Shown here: positions 11,614 to 24,142 of the stretch, one piece after another
How positions within the stretch are numbered: the stretch's first letter is position 1
Layout: each line of letters opens with the position of its first letter
NCBI RefSeq assembly: GCF_000143415.4
Contig: NW_003314346.1
Span: 778,589-822,832, forward strand
Origin: Selaginella moellendorffii
Lineage: Eukaryota; Plantae; Lycopodiophyta
Length of the DNA: 44,244 nt
Direction of reading: 5' to 3'
Position numbers and translations under genes: made by a program
The notes under the pieces: generated by a model
What the model was told of the DNA's origin: nothing
The model's input: only the letters and a program-made list of their open reading frames with translations
Database searches by the model: none

Positions 11614-12325
11614 ATGGATGTCAATTGTGGCAGTTCTAGTGATTGCTGAGTTATTTGCTCCAGGCTTGGGTTTCCAGTGTCCAAAAGCCATGTTCTGGTT
11701 TGAGGATTCTATTGTCGATACAGAGAATGTTCAAGCAGCAGCTCCATTTATTAGTGCCGCAGAGTATAAGCCTTATGGCATGACTTTCTTCAGTAAGCCA
11801 TCGAAGAGATACTCGGATGGTCGTGTGGTTGTCGACTTTTTTGGTAATTGTATGTGTTGATTAAACAGCATTTGATGTTATTTGTGAATGTTTTTGCAGC
11901 GGAGGCTTTTGAGTATGATAGATTCCTGGATCCCATTTTGCAAAGTATTAACTTGAATTATGCCAATGGGGTGAATTTTACGGTCTCTGGAGCGACTGCT
12001 TTGAACACCACCCTCGAAGTCCCACTGTACCTTCTAGTTCAGATTGACCAGTTTCTGAGGTTCAAGCAAGATGCTTATGACAGCAGGCATGGTAAAGGTA
12101 ATGATTCTTCTCAAACTTTGCAAAGGTAGTGTCATTCATGGATTCCTCTGTAGGGATGCAAAAGCTAGTTCTTTATTATCATCATCTAAAGACTGCTTTG
12201 TATGTGGTTGGCATAAGTACTAACGATCTTCTCAATTCCTACTTGTTGAAGCATAGAAGCCCTGAGAATGTAACAGTTGTGGTTGTTCCATACGTTGTGA
12301 GAGCCATCTTTCACGCATTATAGAT
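11614..12325 (+). pseudogene. GDSL esterase/lipase, 5' half only
   Basis: FWFEDSIVDTEN (mutated block I), PYGMTFF..PS.RYSDGR, GVNF.VSGATA (block II) and STNDLL (block III). Short introns. The C-terminal DxxH region is absent. Confidence 0.85.
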
Positions 12326-13309
12326 ACACAAATTCCAGGTTCCAAATGTATAGTAGAAATAGTGGGTAGGTCAGGTATGGCCAACCAACCTGATGCATAG
12401 TTTAGCTCCCGCTTGCATTCATGTCTTTGTTCTGTGTCTGACTTAGGTCTAAACTCAAGTTTCACACTATATTAGTTGGTGGAGTACTCATATCCTTGCA
12501 TTAAGCTACCAATATGTTGAAATAGTGCCATATTTTATTTGACTCTGTTTTACGTGTTAGTTTTGGCATTAGAATGCTAAATGCTCTAAAACTATTCTAA
12601 ATCGCTCTGTGCTTTTGTCCCTTCGTTCCTTAGACTATACACTCAAGAATCACTTTGTGCTTCAGTTCTTTCGCTCATTAGTTTTATATTTAAGAGTTTG
12701 GCTCCATTCTTTCGTTCAATGGCCCAAAACCCTAAAACTTGGGTTCTGCTCCACTATCCTTAGACATGTGACATATGACATGTAGCATATAAAGGGTTTA
12801 GGTTTTGCTTTATGGTTATTCTATAGTAAATCACTATAGGATAAAGGGTGAAACCATATATGTTACAACTTTATTGTTGCCTCTATACTTATATTAGATC
12901 TTAGCACACATTTCCTACAAGAACTTCTGCCAATGAGTAATGTGGCTTTGAAGGTCCTTTTAATGATTGAAATACTGAAGAGACTAATGGTTTGAATCCA
13001 CAATAATTGTTATACTGATAAATGTAAAATTAATATAAATAAAAACCTGTGTTGAATATTTAGTAGTTTTTAAACCTTTTCACTATTTTAGTGGAAGTCT
13101 AATCCATACAAATAATGTTGCCATTCCTTCACAACAACAATCACAACATACAACTCCTTATCTCAAGTAGGCCAATTTCACTGTATAATATCAAACTTTG
13201 TGGCTCATGACTATGAAAGAATGCCTAACTTGAAACAACACAACCCTAATAACAATATCACTTATCATTATTTATTAATCACTTTAGCATTTGTTAACCC
13301 ATTTAGAAT

Positions 13310-14260
13310 AATCCTTGCTTTGATGCTGAGTCTTGTGGCAATGAAAACAATTGCCCTTTACCTTGTCCATTTCTCCTTGGTCCAAATGAAATTTCTTAGC
13401 CTTATTGCCATCTCCATACTTTGAGCCATGCAATGGGTATTTCTTCCCTGAATATAAAACATTGGTAGGCTGGTCATCACATTGACTACCCCATAGACTA
13501 TACCATTGACCTGAGTTGACTGAGTTAACTAATGGTTTTGGCGAAAAGATCTAAACCTTAATAATAGCATCAGTCAATGTTTTTAGAAAATCCTTCTTGA
13601 CCTTTTGGTACACATCTATTGAACTCAAACTTTTGATAAAACATTGCACCTTTAACAATTTATTAAAGGTACTTATAAAACTAAGGTAAAGATCATAGAA
13701 TTGATGGGCATATGCATCCAAAGATAGAGTTCTTTGCCTGATCTCTAGTAGCTAGTTTATGAGATCAACCTCTTTAAACTTCTTAACAAATGAAGCGTAA
13801 AATTAAGAAGTTCGCTTAGAATTAACTTTGATATAATTCTTCCACCACAAAGAAGCATGGCTTGTCAGCTTTGTCATAAAAAAAAAAATTCACCTTATCC
13901 TCACAAGGATTGTGAGAGCAACAACTTTCCCACAATGTCAACCAAGAATCAACTTCTTATCTATCACAAATATCTGGTGATAACTTCCATTCCACAATAC
14001 TATAATCCTTGATATATTTAATGTACCAATGGTAATCATGAATATGAGATTGATTCAACCCTTCAAGGTTCATATGAAATAAGAAATCTTTAATGAAATT
14101 GATGGAATCCTTAACCTTCTTAATGATATTTTGAACCTCAATAATCTAGTGACTATACTATACTACAACACCATCAAAAGTTTTTTCCTCATCATCATGA
14201 TTGTCATCACTAACACCATACACCTCATCAAAATCTATATCCCACTCATTTGCCATCCCC
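13310..14260 (-). pseudogene. gag-like remnant with CCHC knuckle (mirror of 19372-20340)
   Basis: Reverse-complement match to 19372-20340. Confidence 0.6.
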
Positions 14261-14536
14261 AAAAAACATGTTATTCCAATACCAAGGAGTAAACCCTAGG
14301 CCAACCTCCCAACCCTTAATGCATTACAGCCTTAAAGCCATAAAATATTCTTGGAATATTCATGTGGTTTGTGTCATGTGTTTTGGCAAATTGTAAATGT
14401 AATTGCTCTTGGGGATTGGATCAGCCTCTGCAGAAACATCCCATCGAGTAGGTACGGACAGTAAACATAAACCTGTTGGTAACCAATTTGCTATATGCTC
14501 TAAAAATATAATACTTATATAGTGAATATTCCATTA

Positions 14537-15292
14537 TCAATTTGTACATACCAAAGTTACCATCAGATTTGAGCTTGCTGTTGCCCACAGATGTCCAAAT
14601 ACTCTCATCTGTTCATTGGAGGCTCCAATCACCTGGGTGAGTAGAGCAAGGACAATGAATACACAGGCAAACCTTGAGCTCACTAGCACTAAATTATGAT
14701 CCCAATAGTGAAGGGACAGCACTTTCGTTGCCGAAGCAATCTGACAGGTCGAAAATAACAAACACAACTTAGAGCACACAAGCACAAACTAAATCAGCAT
14801 TGATTACCCAGAATATCGTTTGGTGAATCTCCTCTGTAGAACCAATCGTTTATGCTCAGAGTGAGGTCACTTTGACAACATTTCTCACCGTTGATTCAAA
14901 TATGAGAGTAATTGTTTGGCCTCTGCAATAAAGAGCTTTGAACCAGTGACCAAAGGACCAGAAAATCATGTGGACTAAACACAAAAAGTAAGGAAAATAT
15001 AAGTTCAAAAATCGCCGCCAGCCCACGTACCTTGTCCACAAAGAGCTTCGTGATGTGATCTCCAAATCTGTTTACTTGAAGACACAGCAAAAATTCCAAC
15101 GCGTTTAAGCTCACCTGCACATTATTGATTACTTAGTGTTGGATTTTTCTGTTAAGAGAGCTTACCGCAAATGTATCCCTTTCAGCTCTTTCGTGGTCTC
15201 CCCATATACGGGTGTCAAATATGCGTAGCACGTTCTCAGCTGGACCACCCTCTAGATGACAAAGCTCTAAATGCCACCAGTTATGACTATGC
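14537..15292 (-). pseudogene. TTC38: TTC38-like (tetratricopeptide repeat protein 38) 3' exons
   Basis: Spliced pieces HSHNWWHLELCHLEGG, VSLNALEFLLCLQV, DFLVLWSLV and VIGASNEQMRVF match plant TTC38 motifs as I recall them (HNWWHVALCYLEG, VYLNALGLL, GASDEQIDVF). Confidence 0.75.
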
Positions 15293-15562
15293 CTGCAAGA
15301 GAAAAAACAGAAACCAGAAGTGAGTTCGTATCACATCTATTTGAAAGAAGATCTTCTCAATCGTTAGATTCCAATGGAAACATTCAGCCCTTCATCTTCC
15401 AATCTAAAGCAGATTCCTTGGAACGCAATCCTTCCTTTAAGGTGAGCGATGTTCCACGAGGCATAGCGCTACAAGTGAGTCATTCTATCTCAACCATTGC
15501 CTTGTGGACGTTCTCACCAAGTCTGGAGGGCTGGAGGAGGCCGAGGAGCTCATGCATAGCGT

Positions 15563-16270
15563 GCCTGGCATCCGAGAGAATAAGAAACCAGGCCACCTGT
15601 TGCTCGGACAAGCAATCTCCCGGACCCTTGGCTTCGACCAGTTTTGCCCTCCTTGGTTTTCTGCAAGAAGCATATGAATCACTGACAATCCCGTAATTGT
15701 GTGGAGGTCTTCATTCTCCCAGTTAACCTCCCAGAGTGCTTCCACGACGAGTTGCCTAGCTCCACCATCGCATATGGCTTGAAGAGGAGATTCAATAAGC
15801 GAGCTTCGGACTGGATAGAAAGAAATCCATGCACAAGTCCAATGGTGCAGTCTCTGCGAAATAACACAAAACAAGGTTTTTTCAACACAAAGAGCCTCTT
15901 GCAATGCGCAAACAAGAAGAGCAGAAGAAGTCCACAAGAAAATGAAACAAGAACCTGAAGTGTGTCTGGAAGACATCTAGAACGAGTTTTTCTTCCCACT
16001 TGGCAGGCAAGTATCTGGACAAGACAAACCATCGATCAACCTGCTTGAATCAAAACAGAGCAAACTATGGCAACTGACAAGAAGTTCATTCCCGCGTTTG
16101 CTTCCCACACACAGGGCAGTCACAACAAGCTAAGCTGTTTGACATCACAGCACTGCAAGAAAACGATTACAAGCTCGATCACTCACCTGAGCTGGCGGAG
16201 CGTCCTGGAGTGACACACTGCGTTGCTGCTTCCCTACAACCCGAATCAAGCTCTCGCGGCCCTGGAGCAT
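15563..16270 (-). pseudogene. FAN1: Internally deleted mini-FAN1 (N-terminus/UBZ joined to VRR-NUC exons)
   Basis: ATG 16270 gives MLQGRESLIRVVGKQQR, then a CPVCGK exon and TCL.SGKK, then jumps directly to DVFQT/TAPLDLC...KGPG..LSEQQVAWF. Out of frame. Confidence 0.85.
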
Positions 16271-16444
16271 TGTAATGCCGCCTTAGCGGACCGGCCGCTT
16301 CCTCCTTGCCCTCCCAATAGACCTCAACCGTACGCTCACAAAAAAAAAACATTTCATAGAACTTTTCATCTGCAAACACGACATCCTTGTAGATAACTTA
16401 TTCATCTTTAGCTAGTAGCTCATCTAAGCTCGAAGAATCTGAAC

Positions 16445-16809
16445 GGGATTGACGCTGGATGCTTGGCCTTGCAATTCGCCGAGACTGCCCAGATGTTCTT
16501 CTGGCAGCTCACAGCGCGGAAGAAAAACTTGTGATCGGTGGAAGAAGCGGTCGTCAGCTGCACATAAGTTCTTGCCTCCACACAATGATCCGGCCATGTC
16601 GTTCCATAGGTGTACAAAGTAGTGGTGCCGGGGCAATCCAGTCACCACCTCCCAGGAAAGATCTTGGGCTGCGAAAACAAGCGTCTGTCCGGCACCACCG
16701 GGCGAGCTTAAGATCACCTGCTTGTGAGAAGATTTCGTTTCCTGCGGTGGAGAACGCAGCATTGGTGCTGCGGAGCTCCATCGATTCTTGCGAAGACGCT
16801 CACCGATTT
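16445..16809 (+). pseudogene. PPR-gene-derived fragment (partial copies at 18200-18300 on minus and 18460-18650 on plus)
   Basis: Continuous in sequence with the 5' end of the PPR remnant at 17422-18300. Only weak motif remnants. Confidence 0.4.
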
Positions 16810-17421
16810 GAGGCGGCTGGAAAGGAGTCCATTCAGAAGTGGCATATGGCTGACATTGTTCGGGCTGTTCATGTGGGATGTTATCTTTTCAGACGTTCCA
16901 GATGTCTTCCAGACACCTTTTCAGGTTCTTGTTTCATTTTCTCGTGGTTGCTCTACAGTTCTTGTTTGCAGACTGCACCATTGGACTTGTGCACGGATTC
17001 ATTCTATCCAGTCCGAAGCTCGCTTATTGAATCTCGTCTTCAAGCCATACGCGATGGTGGAGCTAGGCAACTCGTGGCTGAGACTTGGGCAGAGCACTAC
17101 GGGACATCATGTAGCGGGGTAAACTGGGAGAAGTACTCGCTTGAAGACCTTCAAACAATAACGGTCTGTATCGGAGGTCCAGGATTGTCGGTGATTTGCA
17201 AGCTTCTTGCAGAAGACCACAGTAACTGGACGGCTGGAGTGCCTGATCTTCTGCTGTGGAAGGAGAAAGAGGCAAAGCTGGCGGAAGTCAAGGGTCCAGG
17301 GGATCTCTTGTCCGAGCAACAGGTGGCCTGGTTTCTTATTCTCTCGGACGCTAATGTTCCTGTGGAACTTTGCAAGGTCTTCAAGACGGTGAATGATCGA
17401 TCCTTCGGCTACTCCGAGTAG
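16810..17421 (+). pseudogene. FAN1: FAN1 C-terminal VRR-NUC exons (5'-truncated duplicate)
   Basis: GIWLTLFGLFMWDVIFSDVPDVFQTPFQ, intron, then TAPLDL...GVPDLLLW...LAEVKGPGDLLSEQQVAWF (PD-(D/E)xK nuclease), stop at 17421. Confidence 0.92.
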
Positions 17422-18300
17422 TGCCGGGCCCGAGACGGCTGCGCAGGCCTCTGCAACTTGCTCCGCCTTGCTTGAAGTCATAAGAACCGGTAAGCAACTC
17501 CGCCATTCCATCCCGCTGTGGACTGCGAAGAATCCATTGCGCGCTACACACATCCAGTTCCAAGTCCTCAGTGTCACCGTCTCAAGAGCTCTTCGATCAG
17601 GACCGCGAGGTGATAGAATCACCACTCGGCCTCCACCATCATCTTAAAGATCCTCTCGGTGGAGGATCAGGAAATACGAGTTCCAAAGAGATGAATCACG
17701 AGGGATTCCATGCACCTTAAAGAACACCCCCCGCGACTCTGTCATCCTATCCTATCGAACAATGCAGTTGCTTGCTCCATATCCCCATTGTGGGCATGGA
17801 GTCCTAGAGACTAAACCATCATCGCACTGGGGCATCCCAAAGAAGATTTGGCTGGCGTGATGCATGTCTCGGCCCGAGCCAAGCCCGAAGAGCTCGTTGC
17901 GGCATTTGCCTCGTCATGATGCCCAATCGGGGCATATGTGCTCACTATTGTCGTCCAGGTCACCACGTCCTGGCCTTCCTCGCATCAGCAACGCGATTTT
18001 CTTCGCAAAGAACCCGTAATAGGATGTTCCGAGGGAAGGGGAGTGGAAAACCTTGATCGCCTCGTCAAGATGCCCAAAGTGGGCATATGTGATAGCAGAA
18101 TGTGCATTGCTGGTACTTGCTCGCCAGGATGAGCCCAACACGGGAGGATTCGAGTGCAGGGCTCTGGGTCCCAAGCTCTATCTCCTTGCAATTCGGTGAG
18201 CGTCTTCGATGCACGCAAGAATCGATGGAGCTTCGCAGCACCAATGCTGCGTTCTCCACCGCAGGAAACGAAATCTTTTCACAACCAGGTGATCTTGAGC
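17422..18300 (-). pseudogene. PLS-type PPR pseudogene, convergent with the FAN1 3' end
   Basis: TYAHFGHLDEAIKVF, MHHASQIFFGMPQCD..LVS and AHNGDMEQATALFDR lie in different frames. Confidence 0.7.
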
Positions 18301-18851
18301 TCGTTCTCAGCTGGACCACCCTCTAGATGAAAAAGCTCTAAATGCCACCAGTTATGACTATGTCTGCAAGAGAAAAAACAGAAACCAGAAGTGAGTTCGT
18401 ATCACATCTATTTGAAAGAAGATCTTCTCAATCGTTAGATTCCAATGCAAACATTCATCACAAAGTAGTGGCGCCGGGGCAATCCAGTCGCCACTTGCGA
18501 GGAAAGATCTTGGGCTGCGTCTGTCCGGCACCACCGGGCGAGCTCAAGATCACCTGGTTGTGAAAGGATTTCGTTTCCTGCGGTGGAGAACGCAGCATTG
18601 GTGCTGCGAAGTTCCATCGATTCTTGCATGCATCGCAGACGCTCACCGAAGTCCTCTGTAGAACCGATCGCTTATGCTCTGATGAGAATCAGAGTGAGGT
18701 CACTTTGACAACATTTCTCACCGTTATTCAAATATGAGAGTAATTGTTTGGCCTCTGCAATAAAGAGCTTCGAACCAGTGACCAAAGGACCAGAAAATCA
18801 TGTGGACTAAACACAAAAAGTGCTCTAAAATGTGTTCGTTATTTTCGACCT

Positions 18852-19052
18852 GTCAGATTGCTTCGGCATTGTACAAGTATGGCTCCGGCAATGAAAGTGC
18901 TGTCTCTTCACTCTTGGGATCAAACTTTAGTGCTAGGGAGCTCAAGGTTTGCCTGTGTATTCATTGTCCTTGCTCTCTCCCAGGTGATTGGAGCCTTGAA
19001 TGAACAGATAGAGTATTTGGACATCTGTGGGCAACAGCAAGCTCAAATCTGA
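18852..19052 (+). pseudogene. TTC38: TTC38-like last exons
   Basis: IASALYKYGSGNESAVSSLLGSNFSARELK, intron, VIGALNEQI. Confidence 0.65.
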
Positions 19053-19371
19053 TGGTAACTTTGGTATGTACAGATTGATAATGGAATATTCACTATATAA
19101 GTATTATATTTTTAGAGCATATAGCAAATTGGTTACCAACAGGTTTATGTTTACTGTCCATATGGGACGTTTCTATTCAGCAGAGGCTGATCCAATCCTC
19201 AAGGGCAATTACATTTACAATCTGCCATAACATATGACACAAACCACAGAAATATTCCAAAAATATTTCTTGGTTTTAAAGCTGTAAAGCATTAATGGTT
19301 GGGAGGTTGGCCTAGGGTTTATTCCTTTTTCATTTCATTAGTATTGGAGTAACATGTTCTTTTGGGGATGG

Positions 19372-20340
19372 CAAATGAGTGGGATATAAATTTTGATGAG
19401 GAGTATGGCATTAGTGATGATGGTCATGACAATGAGGAAAAAACTCTTGATGGTGTTGTAGTGCAGCATAGTCACTAGATTATTGAGGTTCAGAATGTCA
19501 TTAAGGAGGTTAAAGATTCCATCAATCCCATTAACAATTTCTTATTTCATATGGACTTTCAAGGGTTGAATTAATCTCATATCCATGATTACCATTGGTA
19601 CATCAAACATGTCAAAGATTATAGTATTGTGGAATGGAAATCATCACCAAATATCTAAAAAGTGGATTCTTAGTTGAAATTGTGGGAAAGTTTTTGATCT
19701 CACAATCCTTGTGAGGACAAGGTGAAGATTTATTTTTTTATGACAAAGCTGATGGGTACATACTTCTTTGTGGTGGAAAAACTACATCAAAACTAATTCT
19801 AAGTGAACTTTTTAAAATGATTTGAAAAAGATTTTCTACACTTCATTTGTCAAGAAGTTTAAAGAAGTTGATTTTATAAACCAATTACTACAGAGCAAAC
19901 AAAGGACTTTATCATATGCCCATCAGTTCCATGGTCTTTGCCCTAGTTTCAGAGGTACCATTAATGAACTGTTAAAAGTGCAATGTTTTATCAAAGGTTT
20001 GAGAGTAATGGATGTGCACCAAAAGGTCAAAAAGGATTTTCTAAAATGTTGATTGATGTTATCATTAAGGCTCATATCTTTTTGCTAAAATCGTTACTCA
20101 ACTTTATTCAACAGAATGGTCTATAGGGTAGTCAACGTGATGACCAGCCCGCAAATGTTTCATATTTAGGGAAGAAATAGCCATTGCTATGTCATGGCTC
20201 AAAGTATGAAGATGGCAATGAGACTAAAAAAATTTCATTTAGACCAAGAAGAAATAGACGAGGTAAAGGGCAATTGTGTTCATTGCCACAAGGCTGGACA
20301 TCAAAGCAAAAATTGTTTTGAAGGGGTTAACAAATGCTAA
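19372..20340 (+). pseudogene. gag-like remnant
   Basis: Zinc knuckle CVHCHKAGHQSKNC at ~20274-20317, preceded by a decayed capsid-like region (VQCFIKGL). Confidence 0.65.
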
Positions 20341-21271
20341 AGTGACTATGGTGGAATTTATAAATAATGATAAGAAATAATGTGAGTGATATTGTTATTA
20401 GGGTTATATTGCTTCAAGTTAGGCATTCTTTCACGGTCATGAGCCACAAGTTTGATATTATATAGTGGAATTGGCCTATGTAAGCTCTTGAGTTTGGACT
20501 TTCCTGGAAGTCCTCCAGCCAAGTATCATTCAAACCCAAAGACGCTTAACTCCAATTATCCTAAAATAGTGAAAAGGTTTAAAAACTATTAAATATTCAA
20601 CACAATTTTTTATTTATATTAATTCTACATTTATTAGTATAACAATTATTGTAGATTCAAACCATCAGGCTCTCCAATATTTCAATCATTAAAAGGACCT
20701 TCAAGGCCACTTTACTCATTGGCAAGAGTTTTTGTAAGAAATGTTTGTTAAGATCTAATACAAGTATAAAGGCAACAATAAAGTTGTAATGCATATGGTT
20801 TTCACCCTTTATCCTATGGTGATTTACCATAGGATAACCACAAAGCAAAACCCAAACTTTCTATATGCCACATGTTATATATCACATGTCTAAGGATAGT
20901 GGAGTGGAACCCAAGTTTCAAGGCCTTAAGCCATTGAACGAAAGAACAAAGCCAAACTCCTAGGAATGACTTTTGAGCATACAACCCAAGGAACAAAGGG
21001 ATAGAAGCATAGAGCGACTTCGAATAATCCTAAAGCATCTAGCATTCTAATGCTAAAATTAAAATGGAACTAAACAGAGTTTAGAGCTATTTCAGCATAT
21101 TAGTGGCATAATGTAAGAATATGCCAAGTAGCATGGAACTTGGGCTTAGACCAAAGCCAGATACAAAACAAAAACATACACGCAAGCAAAAGCTAGACTA
21201 TGCATTATGTTGGTTGGCCATACTTAACCTCACTATCCCTAATATACATTTGGAACCTGGAATTTGTATGC

Positions 21272-21986
21272 TTATAATGTGTGAGAGATGGCTCTCACAA
21301 CATATGGAACAACCTCAACTGTTACATTCTCAAGGCTTCTTTGCTCCAACAAGTAGGAATTGAGAAGGTCGTTAGTACTCATGACAATTGCATACAGAGC
21401 AGTCTTTAGATGATGATAATAATAAGGAACTAGCTTTTGCATCCCTACAGAGGAATCCATGAATGACACTACCTTTGCAAAGTCTGAGAATCATTACCTT
21501 TACCATGTCTGCTGTAGTAAGCATCCTGCTTGAACCTCAGAAACTGGTCAATCTGAACCAGAAGGTACAGTGGGACTTTGAGACTGGTGTTTAAAGCAGT
21601 CGCTCCAGAGACCGCAAAATTCACCCCATTGGCATAATTCGAGTTAATACTTTGCAAAATGGGATCCAGGAATCTATCATACTCAAAAGCCTCCGCTGCA
21701 AAAAAATTCACGAATAGCATCAAACGCTGTTTAATCAACACAAACAATTACCAAAAAAGTTGACAACCACGCAACCATCCGAGTATCTCTTCGATGGCTT
21801 ACTGAAGAAAGTCATGCCATAAGGCTTATACTCTGCAGCACTAATAAACGGAGCTGCTGCTTGAACATTCCCTGTATCGACAATAGAATCCCCAAACCAG
21901 AACATGGCTTTTGGACACTGGAAACCCAAGCCTGGAGCAAATAACTCAGCAATCACTAGAACTGCCACAATTGACAAGAACTCCAT
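21272..21986 (-). pseudogene. GDSL esterase/lipase, 5' half only
   Basis: Signal peptide, FWFGDSIVDTGN (block I), GVNFAVSGATA and STNDLL. Truncated after the third exon. Confidence 0.88.
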
Positions 21987-22244
21987 GATAATCAACTGTT
22001 GAGCGAGCACTTGATGTCGCTGATCGTTTCTAGAGCTGCAGAAACGATGTGATCGTTGTCTTAAAACTCAAAGATGATCTCCAAATAAGTCTCTTTATTG
22101 CCACACCTTGGTATACATGCTCTATCCCCCTCTCTCGCTAAGTCTTCTTGTCCTTCATGTTCTAGCAGGGAAACTTGACCAAGGAACAGCTTTAAGGAGG
22201 TTGAACTAATTAGTTGATTAATAATTACTTTTTAAAACATTTGT

Positions 22245-22657
22245 TTAAGCATATACGGTTCTGTGCGTGTGTCTCACTGCCCTTGCCACACTCCTGACCT
22301 CCATTGATGGCTCAAATTGTAGCTCCAAATCCTTGGTTCTGTGTTATTGCGGTGTGGCAATTCATCCAAAACCACACTGATGACCTCCACGAAAGGACGC
22401 CATTCTGAGCAACCTGGTCTAGATTTTGGAGGAGGTTCATGTTGAAAGCCTTTCCAGAAGGATCGTAATTGTAATTCCTGTATATATATACTCTTTAAAT
22501 TTTGAATATAACATTTCCAACTTACCAGGTGAGCTGCAAAGTTCCTCTTCCGTAGTATGAGATTAATGGATAAATGCTATGTGAGTTTACTTCCAGCTTC
22601 CTGCTTCACATTTGCAAAGTAGGCAGCCAATTCCCTCTTTTGAACATCAAGACTCCC
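22245..22657 (-). pseudogene. GH19 chitinase pseudogene fragment
   Basis: Same exon-2 deletion as the copy at 10749-11366. Confidence 0.88.
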
Positions 22658-23155
22658 GATAATATCATACTGAGACAGTATTTTGCTTAGCTATTTTAAG
22701 TCGTTGTTTTAACGAAATTCCCCCGCAGGTTAATTTATCACACTCGCCATGCTAAACAAGTAGCAACTTGGATATCGAGAGTGGGATGGAACCGATGGTG
22801 GCAAGAAAGCAAGTACTTAGAGTTTCCGTTTAAAACGAACGAGAAGAATGTGAGTAGACTTGGCTAGGGTTTAGGTCTGCGCTGACCTCTCTCCCTCACA
22901 TGTCTCATGTGGTAATATCAGCAATGCTTTTTAGATACCAAAATTGTTTTCATCTTACAACTTTACCCATTTTATAAGTAGACTGATAGGCAAGATATTA
23001 CTATCGGATTTATTATACATGACTTTTCAGCATTCTCCTCTAGTAATTCTTGCTATTGTAAAGATTGCAATCATCAACAACCAGATTTATTATTTGTTTT
23101 TATTAATACATACTCAGTCGTTAATTACTTATTCATTACTTTTAAAAACATTTGA

Positions 23156-23934
23156 TTAAGCACAGCCAAGGTTCCCACCTGGTGAAACACCCAACTGTGA
23201 GCAAAAGTCCTTGTAATAATTGATGCGGTTCTGTGCGGGTTGTGTCTCACTGCCCTTGCCACACTCCTGACCTCCATTGATGGCTCGAATTGTAGCTCCA
23301 AATCCTTGGTTCTGTGTTATTGCGGTGTGGCAATTCGAATTTTGCATCCAAAACCACACTGATGACCTCCATGAAAGGACGCCATTCTGAGCAACCTGGT
23401 CTGGATTTTGGAGGAGGTTCATGTTGAAAGCCTTTCCAGCAGCATCGTAATTGTAATTCCTGTATATATACACTTTAAATATTGAATATAACATTTTCAG
23501 CTTACCAGGTGAGCTGCAAAGGTCCTCTTCCATAGTAAGCCTTTGTACCTGCAGGACATGGGATCCCACGGCTAGTGTCACAATAGACGTTGTTTCGGTT
23601 GATCTCTCGAATGTATTGCAGTGCTACAATCAAAGACATTAGTGAAATTAATGGATAAATACTAAGCGAGTTTACTTCCAGTCTCCTGCTTCACATTTGC
23701 AAAGTAGGCAGCCAGTTCCCTCTTTTGAACATCAAGACTCCCCGAGCTTCCAAACGTGGGATAGTATTTTGTTGCCGCAATGAAATCATTGTATGTGTAG
23801 AAAGGATTCGCGATGTTGGATGGGAAGAACTTCCTAAACACAGACACAGTTATAATACTAGAGGGAGATGCCAGTGTAGAGAACGGAGAAAATCCTAAAA
23901 GGCATAGCATAAACATTATCATGACTAATGCCAT
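23156..23934 (-). CDS. Secreted GH19 chitinase without chitin-binding domain, 226 aa; exons 23934-23676, 23623-23506, 23459-23156
   Basis: GT-AG introns give 259+118+304=681 nt in frame. Signal peptide, KRELAAYFANVKQETG (catalytic Glu), YIREI, YYGRGPLQLTWNYNY, SVWFW, GFGATIRAINGGQEC and PGGNLGC. Confidence 0.95.
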
Positions 23935-23990
23935 GGAACTTAAATTGATAGTGTGAGCACTCGTGGTTGTGCAATGGAATTTTGGGGCTG

Positions 23991-23998
23991 TTTTTATA
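23991..23998 (-). promoter_or_regulatory. TATA box of the chitinase
   Basis: TATAAAAA on minus, ~57 nt upstream of the ATG. Confidence 0.7.
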
Positions 23999-24142
23999 GC
24001 CTTGAGGAGTGGGATTGCGATTTATATTGACTTCATAGTCTTGAAGTGCCGTGTAGATATTAACTTCTCCCCTTGGTCGAAGCACGCTAAGAAGATCTCT
24101 TTGTGTTTGCTTGTAATACAGGTGACCAAACTTTGAAGGACT

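Larger units (their letters stand above)
10899..14777 (+). repeat. Left arm of ~3.9-kb inverted duplication A (partner 18819-22657)
   Basis: Colinear reverse-complement match through chitinase-psi, GDSL-psi, noncoding DNA, gag remnant and TTC38 3' exons. Confidence 0.9.
14455..16460 (-). repeat. Arm of near-identical inverted duplication B (partner 28222-30215)
   Basis: ORFs 15271-15696(+) and 28974-29399(-) give identical 141-aa translations, and 14896-15120(-) equals 29550-29774(+). Confidence 0.92.
18819..22657 (-). repeat. Right arm of inverted duplication A
   Basis: Reverse complement of 10899-14777. Confidence 0.9.

Noticed and set aside
15271-15696. 141-aa ORF conserved identically in two places
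   Set aside because: Identity reflects recent duplication. It is antisense to FAN1/TTC38 fragments and crosses their junctions.
16459-17421. 320-aa ORF as a novel stand-alone VRR-NUC fusion protein
   Set aside because: Chance read-through of PPR debris, an off-frame FAN1 exon and an unspliced intron into the last FAN1 exon.
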